NCBI GenBank assembly: GCA_016699795.1
Contig: CP065011.1
Span: forward strand, 883,449 to 947,448
Length of the DNA stretch: 64,000 nt
Direction of reading: 5' to 3'
DNA from: Candidatus Moraniibacteriota bacterium
GTDB taxonomy: Bacteria; Patescibacteriota; Minisyncoccia; Moranbacterales; GCA-2747515
A program made the position numbers and the translations under genes. Below, piece by piece: positions 10,945 through 20,966 of the stretch (position 1 is the stretch's first letter; each line of letters begins with the position of its first letter). The notes under the pieces are model-generated. The model worked only from the letters and a program-made list of their open reading frames with translations, was not told where the DNA came from and ran no database searches.

Positions 10945-12105
10945 GTGAACATAAGAAATATGAAAAAATCTATTCGTTTTATTTTGGGTGTTCTTCTTCT
11001 CATTGGAGTTTTTGGTTCTGCGATATATTTTTCTCCAAAACAGGAAGTTTCTCAAGAGCAAGACACAACAACGAAGTCGATTGTTGTTACTACGCAGTCA
11101 ATAGAAGAAAGTCGTGTATTTCCTCAGCTAGTTACGTATCCTGCTACTGTCATTGGAAACCAAGAATCCGATATTGTTGCTAAATCAGCAGGAACTATTT
11201 CCGTTTTGAATATTTCGTTAGGGGACCATGTTCTTCCAGGATCTTTTTTGACAAAAATTGATGATACAGGAAATTCTCGTTCTTCTAACGTCGAAAATTT
11301 TCAGAGTAAAGAACTTCAGCAAGCTAATATCAATAAAGAAAAAGCTCAAAAATCTGTTGATATTGCTGAAAGAAATTATCAAAGTCTAAAAAAGATTTAT
11401 GAAGAACAAGAAGATGATGACACTCTTTTAAAAACAGTTACAAAAGATCAAGTAAGATCGGCAAAACTTCAGATTGATATGACAAAACTTGAAAAAGAAA
11501 ATGCCGAAATTGCTCTTCAGAGTTTATTAGATAATCACCTTGTCACAAGCCCCCTTGAAGGCTATGTGACGAATATTTTAGTTTCTGTTGGGGATTATGT
11601 TACTCCCGGAGAAACATTGGCCACGATAAGCAAAACAAAGAGTGCGAAGCTCCGACTTTATGTAGATCAAAATCATTTTACTTTTTTTCAAAAAGGTACA
11701 GTGTTTAGTTTTATGGATGGAAATAGAAAAGTGTATAAAGCACGTGTGGAAAATATCTCACCACAAGCAGATCTTATAACACGACGTTTTCTCGTAGAAG
11801 CTTCTCCTGAAGAAAAAACAGAAGAGTTATTATTGGGAACTATTGTTTCGGCAGAATTTTCTTTTGAACAAAAGCCTCAAATGGAAGAAAATATCCTTCT
11901 TCCTATTTCTGCAATTACATTTGGACAAAATGAAAATAATATTTTTATCGTAGAGAATGAACGAGCTCGACGCGTTGTTGTGGAAGTGTCTCGTGTAGTC
12001 GGAGAAATGGCTGAAATAAAAATAGATCTCCCTCGAGATGCAAAGGTTATTGTTTCTGGAAATAAATTAGTACGGGATGGAGATAATGTCTCTCTCTCGA
12101 AATAA
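10945..12105 (+). CDS. efflux RND transporter periplasmic adaptor (membrane fusion protein, HlyD-like)
   Basis: 386 aa. N-terminal TM anchor, coiled-coil hairpin and a lipoyl/beta-barrel segment (TSPLEGYVTNILVSVGDYVTPGETLATI). Directly precedes the RND permease. Confidence 0.75.
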   Translation: MNIRNMKKSIRFILGVLLLIGVFGSAIYFSPKQEVSQEQDTTTKSIVVTTQSIEESRVFPQLVTYPATVIGNQESDIVAKSAGTISVLNISLGDHVLPGSFLTKIDDTGNSRSSNVENFQSKELQQANINKEKAQKSVDIAERNYQSLKKIYEEQEDDDTLLKTVTKDQVRSAKLQIDMTKLEKENAEIALQSLLDNHLVTSPLEGYVTNILVSVGDYVTPGETLATISKTKSAKLRLYVDQNHFTFFQKGTVFSFMDGNRKVYKARVENISPQADLITRRFLVEASPEEKTEELLLGTIVSAEFSFEQKPQMEENILLPISAITFGQNENNIFIVENERARRVVVEVSRVVGEMAEIKIDLPRDAKVIVSGNKLVRDGDNVSLSK

Positions 12106-12110
12106 TATAT

Positions 12111-15100
12111 ATGGAAAAAAAATCCCAACAATTTTCTTCCGACTCTCTTTATCTTAAACAGTTAGAGTTTCGTCCAGAATTACGAAAAACATGGCTTAAT
12201 TTTTTTGTAGAGAACTTTCGCGTTGTTACTCTTCTCGTACTTCTTATTTCTTTTTGGGGAATATATGCTTTTTTGAATTTGCCTCGAGAATCAAATCCGG
12301 AGGTAAAAATTCCCGTTGCGGTTATTACCGTTACCTACCCAGGCGTTTCTCCAACAGATATGGAGGAATTGGTGACGAAAAAAATCGAAACAAGTATTTC
12401 AAGTATAAGTGGTATAAATAGAGTTACTTCAAATTCTTCTAACTCTTTTTCTTCTGTAGCGGTTGAATTTGAAGCAAATCAGGATGTGGATGATTCTATT
12501 CGAAACTTGCGAGATAAACTTGCAACTATTCGTTCAGATATTCCTGAAGAAGCGAATGATCCCCAGCTTATGGAGATTTCTTTTGATAATACTCCCGTAG
12601 TTACTTTTGCTCTTACTGGACCATACGATGATTTCTCTTTGCGTACTTGGGGAGAAAAAATTCAATCTGAATTGGAAAAAATTCCTGATGTTCGAGAGGT
12701 GACTGTTTCAGGGGGAGATCAAACAGAATTTGAAGTTGCTTATGATCCTCAAAAATTAGCATTTTTTGGTATTAGCGTGGATCAGGCAAATCAAACAATA
12801 AGTGGAACAAACCGTGCTGTTCCTGCTGGAAATTTTGAAGGAAAGGAATTTAACTATCCTGTTCGTGTGGAAGGGCGATTTTTTGATGTGAAATCTATAG
12901 GAGAAATTCCTTTGTCCCATACGCAAGACGGGGCTATTATTTTTGTAAAAGATGTAGCAACTGTTTCTGAAAAAGCTATTGAAAAAACGATACTCTCTCG
13001 AATTTCTGCAGGAGGAGAAGAACCAAGTAGTGCTGTTATTATTCAAGTGGTGAAAAGAACAGGGGGGAATATTATTGATGTAGTGAGTGAGTCAAAAAAG
13101 CGTATAGACTCGATGATAAAAACCTTTCCTTCGGGTGTTGCTTATGAGACGACATTGGATATGTCTGAGCAAATTAATGAAGATTTTTCTCAGTTAACGC
13201 ACGATTTTTTCTTAACAGTGGGATTAGTTTTTTTCATTCTTTTTCTTTTCGTTGGTCTTAAAGAAGCTCTTGTGGCGGGCATTGCTATTCCATTAGTTTT
13301 TTTCATTACTTTTGGAATAATGCTTTCTTTGGGAACTTCTCTTAACTTTCTTTCTCTTTTTTCTCTCCTTCTTTCTCTTGGTCTCTTGGTAGATGATGCC
13401 ATTGTTGTTGTTTCAGCTATAAAACAATATATGCGTACGGGAAAATTTACACCAGAGGAAGCTGTTCTTTTAGTTTTAAATGATTATAAAATAGTTCTTC
13501 TTTCTACAACGCTCGCTACAGTATGGGCTTTCTTACCATTACTTATGGCCAGTGGAATGATTGGGGCATTTATTAAATCAATTCCTATTACAGTATCTAT
13601 AACATTATCATCTTCTCTCTTAGTAGCTATAGCGATCAATCCTCCAATGGCAGCATTGTTGGAACGTGTTCGTTTAACGAAAGGAGTCTTTTTTTCTTTC
13701 TTTTTCATTCTTTTTGGAATGGGTATGTTTGGGGCGACACAAAATGTTCTTTGGGGGTATGCTCTCGCTCTTATTTCTTTCATTCTTTCCGTGGGAATGC
13801 TCCGATGGTATTTTTTCAAGGGAGTTCGAATCCTTAAAATGAATCAAGATCTTGTAGATAAAGAGTCAATAGATGATGACCTCATAAAAGAAAAACTTGC
13901 CTATCAAGGAAATAGAGAAGCGCATAGTTCTTTTAAAGATCGCCTTATTCATGGCATTATTTCATTCGATCACATCCTTCCTTTGTATGAGAAATATCTT
14001 CGTAAAGTGCTTTTGACAAAAAAACGTCAGATGCTTTTTCTGGGAGGAGTTTTTGTAATATTTGTTCTTTCTGTGTTATTACCCGTTACTGGCGTAGTAA
14101 AAACGGAATTCTTTCCAGAATCCAATGGTAATACTCTTTCTATTTCATTTCGAGCTCCAGCAGGAGTTGTTATCGACCAGACAGATAAGGTGGTTCAAAA
14201 AGTTGAAGAACGACTTCTTGGTTTTCAGGAAATAGAGAATTTCTCTACTTTAGTAGGAAATCCAGGAGCTTCTAGTGGTGGTGGGGTGTCTCAGAATACG
14301 TCGAATGTTGCTTCTATTTCTGTTCAATTAGTTAATCCCGAAGAGAGAGAAAAAACATCGGAACAAATTGCGCAGAGTATCCGTGATACTATCAAAGATA
14401 TTCAGGGCGCAACTATCGTAGTAGAAGCACCAAGAGGAGGACCTCCTTCCGGAGCAGCTTTTCAGGCTGAAATTATAGGAGATGATTTACAGACATTAGA
14501 TAAGATTGCTAATGATCTCAAGTTAATTTTGAAAGAAATACCTGGCGTTGTGAATAGCGATATTTCTCTGAGGGATTCTTCTGCGGAATATACTTTTTCT
14601 TTAGATACATCTAAAATGGAGCTATATAATTTGAATGCTCTCTTAGTGGGAAGTACTCTTCGAACAGCTATTTCTGGAACAAAAGTCACTACGGTTATTC
14701 GTGAAAATAAAGATATTGATGTGGTTGCACGTTTTGATGAAACGAGGATACCAACATTAGATGCTATACAGAATTTACAAATTCTTAATACACAAAAACA
14801 ACCAGTATTTTTAAAAGATGTAGCTACTATACAACTTATTCCTTCGGTGGATTCTATTTCTCGTATTGATCAAAAAAGAACGGTTCTTCTTACCTCGGGA
14901 GTAACAACGATGATTAGCTCTACACAACTCGTAAAAGTTTTTCAAGAGAAAATGGCTAAAGAATATACACTTCCTGATGGATATTCTATTTCTTATGGTG
15001 GAGAAAATGAGCAAAATGCAGAATCGGTACTTTCTATTATTCAAGCAATGGCTATCGCAGGAATATTAATTGTTTCAACCTTAGTAATTCAATTTAATTC

Positions 15101-15521
15101 CTTTAGAAAAGCATGTATCGTTTTGGTAACTTTACCTTTGGCGCTTATCGGAGTTTTCGTTGGAATGGCACTTCTTGGAGTGAATCTGAGCTTTCCTGGA
15201 CTCATTGGAATCCTCGCGCTTTTTGGTATCGTGGTAAAAAATGCCATTATTCTTATTGATAAAATTAATCTTAATTTAAATGCAAAAATTTCTTTTTCTG
15301 AAGCAATTGTTGATGCGGGAAAGTCGAGATTAGAAGCTATTATGATAACTTCATTTTGTACTATCGCAGGAATCCTTCCTATTACACTTTCCAATGAAAC
15401 GTGGATGGCTTTGGGATCGGCGGTTATTTTTGGACTTTCGGTATCTTCTTTTCTAACGCTCTTTGTTGTGCCAGTCCTTTATGTCGTTGTGGCGAGTAGA
15501 AAAGAAAAAATGATTTTATGA
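12111..15521 (+). CDS. efflux RND transporter permease (AcrB/HAE family)
   Basis: 1136 aa. 12-TM topology with two large periplasmic loops and conserved RND blocks (e.g. VVKNAIILID, DAGKSRLEAIMITSFCTIAGILP). Confidence 0.85.
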   Translation: MEKKSQQFSSDSLYLKQLEFRPELRKTWLNFFVENFRVVTLLVLLISFWGIYAFLNLPRESNPEVKIPVAVITVTYPGVSPTDMEELVTKKIETSISSISGINRVTSNSSNSFSSVAVEFEANQDVDDSIRNLRDKLATIRSDIPEEANDPQLMEISFDNTPVVTFALTGPYDDFSLRTWGEKIQSELEKIPDVREVTVSGGDQTEFEVAYDPQKLAFFGISVDQANQTISGTNRAVPAGNFEGKEFNYPVRVEGRFFDVKSIGEIPLSHTQDGAIIFVKDVATVSEKAIEKTILSRISAGGEEPSSAVIIQVVKRTGGNIIDVVSESKKRIDSMIKTFPSGVAYETTLDMSEQINEDFSQLTHDFFLTVGLVFFILFLFVGLKEALVAGIAIPLVFFITFGIMLSLGTSLNFLSLFSLLLSLGLLVDDAIVVVSAIKQYMRTGKFTPEEAVLLVLNDYKIVLLSTTLATVWAFLPLLMASGMIGAFIKSIPITVSITLSSSLLVAIAINPPMAALLERVRLTKGVFFSFFFILFGMGMFGATQNVLWGYALALISFILSVGMLRWYFFKGVRILKMNQDLVDKESIDDDLIKEKLAYQGNREAHSSFKDRLIHGIISFDHILPLYEKYLRKVLLTKKRQMLFLGGVFVIFVLSVLLPVTGVVKTEFFPESNGNTLSISFRAPAGVVIDQTDKVVQKVEERLLGFQEIENFSTLVGNPGASSGGGVSQNTSNVASISVQLVNPEEREKTSEQIAQSIRDTIKDIQGATIVVEAPRGGPPSGAAFQAEIIGDDLQTLDKIANDLKLILKEIPGVVNSDISLRDSSAEYTFSLDTSKMELYNLNALLVGSTLRTAISGTKVTTVIRENKDIDVVARFDETRIPTLDAIQNLQILNTQKQPVFLKDVATIQLIPSVDSISRIDQKRTVLLTSGVTTMISSTQLVKVFQEKMAKEYTLPDGYSISYGGENEQNAESVLSIIQAMAIAGILIVSTLVIQFNSFRKACIVLVTLPLALIGVFVGMALLGVNLSFPGLIGILALFGIVVKNAIILIDKINLNLNAKISFSEAIVDAGKSRLEAIMITSFCTIAGILPITLSNETWMALGSAVIFGLSVSSFLTLFVVPVLYVVVASRKEKMIL

Positions 15522-15585
15522 GAAAGGTAAATCTTTAGAGAAGAATGTCTCTAGAAAATTTAAATTTAAAGAAATACTTGGATAG

Positions 15586-15617
15586 AAAAACCCCTCTTTA
15601 AATTTTGAGGGGTTTTT
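15586..15617 (+). terminator. rho-independent terminator after RND operon
   Basis: 'aaaaacccctc tttaaatttt gaggggttttt'. Confidence 0.65.
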
Positions 15618-15954
15618 GTGAAAAATGAAAGTAAAAAAGAGGAGAACCTTTTTATTTAACGACTATTGGCGATCCCAAATAATACAAGCGCTAAAAACAA
15701 ATAGAGAAAACCAAAGGTAATAGCGATTAAAGCCATATCAATGAGTTGAAGTATTTCCTGCATAGTGTTTAAATTATGGATTCTTAGAGAGTATCTTTTT
15801 CAAACTGAACCAGATAAGATACATTAAAAATAATAATTTGTCAAGTTTTTTTAAAAGTGAATAGGGAAGATGGGCCTATGGGGGGAAAAGAAAAACAATC
15901 CTTTCGCTATAAAATGTTTTTAGAGAAAAGGAGATATTTTTTGTGGAAATATTT

Positions 15955-16920
15955 TTAAGAAGATATTTTTAAATTTTGAAGAAAAGTTTCGAAGTCTGAT
16001 GGGATAGGGGTGGTAAAAGAATATTTTTCTTTTTCGAAAATAAACGATATTTTGTAAGCGTGTAAAAGTTGTCGTGGTGCACTTTGATCGTTTTTAAATT
16101 CTTTTCGTTTATAAAGTTTATCACCAACTACTGGATGTCCAATAAAGGATGCATGAATACGTATCTGATGCATTCTTCCTGTCTTTGGATAAAATTTAAG
16201 AAGAGAGAAGAATTTTGTAGCTTTGAGAGAGGATGAAAATTTTTTGATGATTTGATACTTTGTGATCGCCTGTCGAGGAGTTCCTTTCCACTTTGCACGA
16301 CCAGTTGGTATAGTTTGTTTTCGAAAGTTGGCAGAACGTGCGATAGATTGATCTATAATTCCTTTTGTTTCTTTTGGAATGCCATAGACAAGAGCAAGAT
16401 ATTCTTTCTGAATATTTCTTGAGGCAAAGAGGCTTTTGAATTTTTTGAAGGAATCATTCGTTTTCGTTATAACAAGAATGCCTGAAGTATCTTTGTCGAG
16501 TCTATGAACGATTCCCGGACGAGTTAAATCTTCACCCACAGTTAAAATATCCGGATATTGAGCAGCAACCCAATTAACAAGAGTGTTTTCTTTTTCAGTA
16601 CTCGAAGGATGAACCTGAATACCTGGAGGTTTATTAATGATGATAAAAAATTCATTTTCAAAGAGAACAGGGATTTTTAGAGTAAAGTTTTTTTTAATAG
16701 TGTGCGGGGACACATCTTCTAAAAAAGCAACTTCGAGGAGATCATCTTTTTTTAAGATATAGCTAGGTTTTTTCTTTTCATGATTGATTTTTACAGCCCC
16801 TTCTCTTATTTCTTTGACAAGGGATGATCGAGATCGATCAGGATAATGAGTGTGTAAAAAAACATCGAGACGTTGTCCAATGTTTTTGTCGATAGGAATA
16901 AAGATGGAAGATTTTTTCAT
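15955..16920 (-). CDS. RluA-family 23S rRNA pseudouridine synthase (RluD-like)
   Basis: 321 aa. N-terminal S4-like domain and the catalytic HRLDKDTSGILVI motif. Confidence 0.8.
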   Translation of the reverse strand: MKKSSIFIPIDKNIGQRLDVFLHTHYPDRSRSSLVKEIREGAVKINHEKKKPSYILKKDDLLEVAFLEDVSPHTIKKNFTLKIPVLFENEFFIIINKPPGIQVHPSSTEKENTLVNWVAAQYPDILTVGEDLTRPGIVHRLDKDTSGILVITKTNDSFKKFKSLFASRNIQKEYLALVYGIPKETKGIIDQSIARSANFRKQTIPTGRAKWKGTPRQAITKYQIIKKFSSSLKATKFFSLLKFYPKTGRMHQIRIHASFIGHPVVGDKLYKRKEFKNDQSAPRQLLHAYKISFIFEKEKYSFTTPIPSDFETFLQNLKISS

Positions 16921-16981
16921 AAGAGAGTATTATGTTTACTGTAAACGGTAAATGATAACCTGTAAACCTATTTTTTTAGAT

Positions 16982-17914
16982 ATGAATAAAATAACGATAG
17001 TTGGAGCGGGGGTGGTGGGGGCCACAAGTGCTTATAGTCTTATTGCTAAAGATGTTGCTGAAGAATTAGTCCTTGTAGATATTAATAAAGAATTAGCGGA
17101 AGCTGAGGCTATGGATTTACAGCATAGCGTTTCATTTTTTGGTTCAACGCAGGTAAGAGCTGGATCTTATGAGGATTTCTCAGATAGTCAAATCGTAGTA
17201 TTCTGTGCTGGATCTGCTCAGAAAGAAGGGCAATCACGATTGGATTTAATTCAGGATAATGCCAGAATAGTACAAAAAGTTGTCCCTGAAATATTTTCTC
17301 GAAATCCAGACGCTATGCTGATAATGGTTACAAATCCCGTTGATGTTCTTACTTATCTAGCAATACAAATGTTTCCAGAAAAAAAGCGACAAATAATAGG
17401 AACGGGAACAATGTTGGATAGCTCTCGCTTTCGATATTTATTGGGAGCAAAACTGCGTGTAAATTCTAAGAGTATTACTGCTTATATTGTAGGAGAACAT
17501 GGAGATTCTGAAGTGCCGTATTGGTCGACAGCTACTACAGGATCTATGAGTCTTGATACTTGTCGATTACTTACAAAAGAAGAAAAGGACGAGATATTTT
17601 CCCAGGCAAAAAATGCAGCATATGCTATTATTAAAGGGAAGCAAGCAACCTATTATGCGATCGGTGCTGTAGTATCTCACTTATGTAATGTTATTATTAA
17701 AGATAAAAGAGTCATACTTCCAATTTCACATTTTATAGAGGGTGAATTTGGTATATCGGATGTATGCTTGAGTATTCCTGTTGTGGTTGGAAAAGAAGGT
17801 GTTGCGGGGCATTTGTGTGTGGTATTTTCGGATGAAGAATTGACGTTACTCAAGAAATCAGCAGATACACTAAAAGAAGTCATTGCTTCTTTGGACTTAA
17901 CATCAAAAACATAA
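16982..17914 (+). CDS. ldh: L-lactate/malate dehydrogenase family protein (likely L-LDH)
   Basis: NAD-binding ITIVGAGVVG, the LVLVDIN..MDLQHS block and the GEHGDS active-site loop. The ORF track starts at 16952, but MNKITIVGAG at 16982 fits the family N-terminus. Confidence 0.7.
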   Translation: MNKITIVGAGVVGATSAYSLIAKDVAEELVLVDINKELAEAEAMDLQHSVSFFGSTQVRAGSYEDFSDSQIVVFCAGSAQKEGQSRLDLIQDNARIVQKVVPEIFSRNPDAMLIMVTNPVDVLTYLAIQMFPEKKRQIIGTGTMLDSSRFRYLLGAKLRVNSKSITAYIVGEHGDSEVPYWSTATTGSMSLDTCRLLTKEEKDEIFSQAKNAAYAIIKGKQATYYAIGAVVSHLCNVIIKDKRVILPISHFIEGEFGISDVCLSIPVVVGKEGVAGHLCVVFSDEELTLLKKSADTLKEVIASLDLTSKT

Positions 17915-18002
17915 AAAATATTTTCAAATAGAGGTTTTGTGAATAGGTTTCCTGTAAGAGGAGATGATTCTCGTTATCTTTTATAAGTAATAGTATAAAA
18001 AT

Positions 18003-18386
18003 ATGTCTGATCAAAAAAAGGTTATCATCTTTATGGGAATTGCTTTAATTTTTTTTGGGATAGGATCATTTTGGTTTCTTAGTTTTCCTCATAAAGCGCA
18101 AGAACCTTCCTCGGTGAAAGTGAAAAATAATCAAACTTCTATTACGAATTTTGATGAATGTGTTTTAGCGGGAAATCCGATAATGGAATCCTATCCAAGA
18201 GGATGTATGACTCAAGACGGGCGTTCTTTTGTGGAGATTCTAACAGAAGAAGCTCAGTTACCATTGGTAGGGAATGATAGAGATGAATATGGTTGTATTG
18301 GTTCTGCTGGGTATACTTGGTGTGAAGAAAAACAGAAATGTCTTCGAACGTGGGAGGAGGATTGTTTTGATGAAGCTCATAAATAG
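18003..18386 (+). CDS. membrane-anchored Cys-rich hypothetical protein
   Basis: 127 aa with one N-terminal TM helix and six Cys in the extracytoplasmic part. Confidence 0.4.
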   Translation: MSDQKKVIIFMGIALIFFGIGSFWFLSFPHKAQEPSSVKVKNNQTSITNFDECVLAGNPIMESYPRGCMTQDGRSFVEILTEEAQLPLVGNDRDEYGCIGSAGYTWCEEKQKCLRTWEEDCFDEAHK

Positions 18387-18472
18387 GATCTAGAGAGACC
18401 TTTGGAGTAGCGATAATACTTTTAGGGAGTAAAAGTATTTTTGAAGAGAAATAATTTACTTAGTATAGAAAA

Positions 18473-18703
18473 ATGAAGAAATATATTGCATTTAGTTTAG
18501 GATCCTTTCTCCTTTTATTTTTAGAAAAGAGTTATATTTTTTCTTTGGGAAAAATAATACATACATATTTTCCATGTGAACAAAATCTCGGAAATTCTCT
18601 TCCTTGTTATTCTGGATACGATTTCTATTTTATGGCCATTCTTTTGATAATCTTTATTGTTTCGATGATAGGTCTTTCTGTTGAAATATATAAAAAGGCA
18701 TAG
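18473..18703 (+). CDS. small hypothetical membrane protein
   Basis: 76-aa ORF with a C-terminal TM helix. Confidence 0.3.
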   Translation: MKKYIAFSLGSFLLLFLEKSYIFSLGKIIHTYFPCEQNLGNSLPCYSGYDFYFMAILLIIFIVSMIGLSVEIYKKA

Positions 18704-18871
18704 TTCTTAGAATAGAAGAAGGCATTATTTGATTGAGATGGGTAGAATATAATAGATTTTATTTTTTGAAGTATATCTGAAAGATAGTGTTAAAATTTGA
18801 AAATATCTCACAATTTTTATAGGGCTAAAATGAATATTTTTAAATTGAGAAAAGGGAAAATGGTTATGTTC

Positions 18872-18935
18872 CTTGTCGAGAATAAATTTTTTATTTGCCA
18901 AAAGTTAGTTTATTGCGTATACTTTGTCGAGAATA
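18872..18935 (+). repeat. direct repeat pair upstream of aspS
   Basis: 'ttgtcgagaata' at 18873-18884 and 18924-18935 (12/12 identical, flanks also similar). They bracket a possible -10 ('tatact'). Confidence 0.4.
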
Positions 18936-18990
18936 TTTTGTTGTATAAAAGCGTTATGTCAAATAAAATGACAGGCGCATTTCAGCTTTT

Positions 18991-20775
18991 ATGAGAACAC
19001 ATACGTGCGGAGAATTACGTGCAAACGATGTAGGGAAAGAAGTAACTTTAACTGGTTGGGTACATAGAAGACGAGACCATGGAGGAGTTATTTTTGTAGA
19101 TCTTCGAGATAGATACGGACTTACTCAAATAAAATTTGATCCAGAAATACATGAAGTATCATGGAAGAACGCAGAACATATTCGAAGTGAATGGGTTCTA
19201 AAAGTAACTGGAAGTATTTTGAGTCGACCTCAGGATATGATTAATCCCAAAATTGATACGGGCTCTATTGAAATTGGTGTAAAAGAATTAGAAATTCTCA
19301 ATGAATCAAAAGTTCTACCATTTGAAATTGATGAAGAAAAGGCTGAAGAATCAAATGAAAATATACGTTTACAGTATCGTTTTTTGGATCTTCGTCGTCC
19401 AGCATTGCAAAAATTATTGAAACTCAAAGATCATTATATTCGACATATGCGTGAATATTTTCACACACGTGGTTTTATCGAGGTGCAAACGCCAATTTTG
19501 GCGAATTCTTCTCCGGAGGGAGCTCGAGATTTTCTCATTCCTTCTCGGCTTCATCCAGGAAAGTTTTATGCACTTCCGCAAGCACCTCAGCAATTTAAGC
19601 AACTTCTTATGGTAGGAGGTGTGGATCGATATTTTCAAATAGCACCCTGTTTTCGAGATGAAGATCCTCGTATGGACAGGCACTATGGAGAATTTTATCA
19701 ATTGGATATGGAGATGAGTTTTGTAACTCAGGATGATATTTTTCAAATCATGGAACCATTGATGATAGAATTAACAGAAAATTTTTCAAATAAAAAGGTT
19801 ACACGCCTTAATCCAGATGGACGCTTCATCAAACTTGCATGGAAAGAAGCTATGACTCGTTATGGTATCGACAAGCCAGACCTTCGTTTTGATTTGGAAA
19901 TTTTTCCAATAACAGAAATGGTTTCCGGTTGTGGTTTCTCGGTTTTTTCTCAGGCTATTGAAAATGGCGGTGTTGTTCATGCTATGAAAGTGGATGAAGG
20001 TTCAAAATTGAGCAGGAAAGATATTGATGAGCTCACGGAAATTGCTAAAACAAAAGGCGCTAAGGGCTTGGCCTATATTATTGTAAGAGATGGCGGAGAA
20101 CTTCAGTCGCCCATTGTAAAGTTTTTAGGAAACGAATTAGCCAAAGAGATTGTTCAAAAAGTTAAAGCTAAAACGGGGGATATTATCTTTTTTAGTGCGG
20201 ATTCTTGGAAAACAGTCTGTTCAGCTTTGGGTGCTGTGCGAAATGAGTGTGCTCAGCGTTTAGGTCTTAAAGATAATACAAAAGCTGTGTGGTGCTGGAT
20301 AGTGGACTTCCCTATGTATTCTCATTCAGAAATTGAGCCGGGAAGACTTGATTTTGAACACAATCCTTTTTCTATGCCTCAAGGTGGAATGAAAACTCTG
20401 GAAGAAAAAGATCCATTGGATATTTTGGCATATCAATATGATTTGGTTCTTAATGGATTTGAAGCTTCTAGTGGTGCTATTCGAAATCATGATCCAAAAA
20501 TTATGTATAAGGCTTTCGAAATAGCTGGATATACTAAGGAAGAAGTTGATAAAAGGTTCGGAGCACTTATTCGAGCATTTCAGTACGGAGCACCTCCTCA
20601 TGGAGGAAATGCTCCTGGAATTGATCGAATCCTTATGGTCCTTCATGATCTTGATTCTATTCGTGATATCTATGCTTTTCCTAAAGATGGCCGAGGAAGA
20701 GATCTTATGATGAATAGTCCTTCGGAAATTGATAGTAAGCAGCTTCGGGAAACAAATATACGTTTAGCGAGATAG
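18991..20775 (+). CDS. aspS: aspartate--tRNA ligase
   Basis: 594 aa. N-terminal OB anticodon-binding domain, class II motifs (FRDEDPRMDRHYGEFYQLDMEMSF, GGNAPGIDRILM) and the GAD insertion domain. Confidence 0.9.
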   Translation: MRTHTCGELRANDVGKEVTLTGWVHRRRDHGGVIFVDLRDRYGLTQIKFDPEIHEVSWKNAEHIRSEWVLKVTGSILSRPQDMINPKIDTGSIEIGVKELEILNESKVLPFEIDEEKAEESNENIRLQYRFLDLRRPALQKLLKLKDHYIRHMREYFHTRGFIEVQTPILANSSPEGARDFLIPSRLHPGKFYALPQAPQQFKQLLMVGGVDRYFQIAPCFRDEDPRMDRHYGEFYQLDMEMSFVTQDDIFQIMEPLMIELTENFSNKKVTRLNPDGRFIKLAWKEAMTRYGIDKPDLRFDLEIFPITEMVSGCGFSVFSQAIENGGVVHAMKVDEGSKLSRKDIDELTEIAKTKGAKGLAYIIVRDGGELQSPIVKFLGNELAKEIVQKVKAKTGDIIFFSADSWKTVCSALGAVRNECAQRLGLKDNTKAVWCWIVDFPMYSHSEIEPGRLDFEHNPFSMPQGGMKTLEEKDPLDILAYQYDLVLNGFEASSGAIRNHDPKIMYKAFEIAGYTKEEVDKRFGALIRAFQYGAPPHGGNAPGIDRILMVLHDLDSIRDIYAFPKDGRGRDLMMNSPSEIDSKQLRETNIRLAR

Positions 20776-20966
20776 CATTAGGTATCTTGTAGCTTGCGAA
20801 ATAATGCATGGCATTGAAATTTGAATTTCTTTTTATTTCGCTTAAAAAATAAAATTTCTAAATAAGATGATTCTTTTAAGAAATACTCTATCTTATGGTA
20901 GAAGGGTATGTTATGAAAGAGGAAATGAAAACCTTTTGTAAAAAATAATTGAGTAAATGAAAATAT

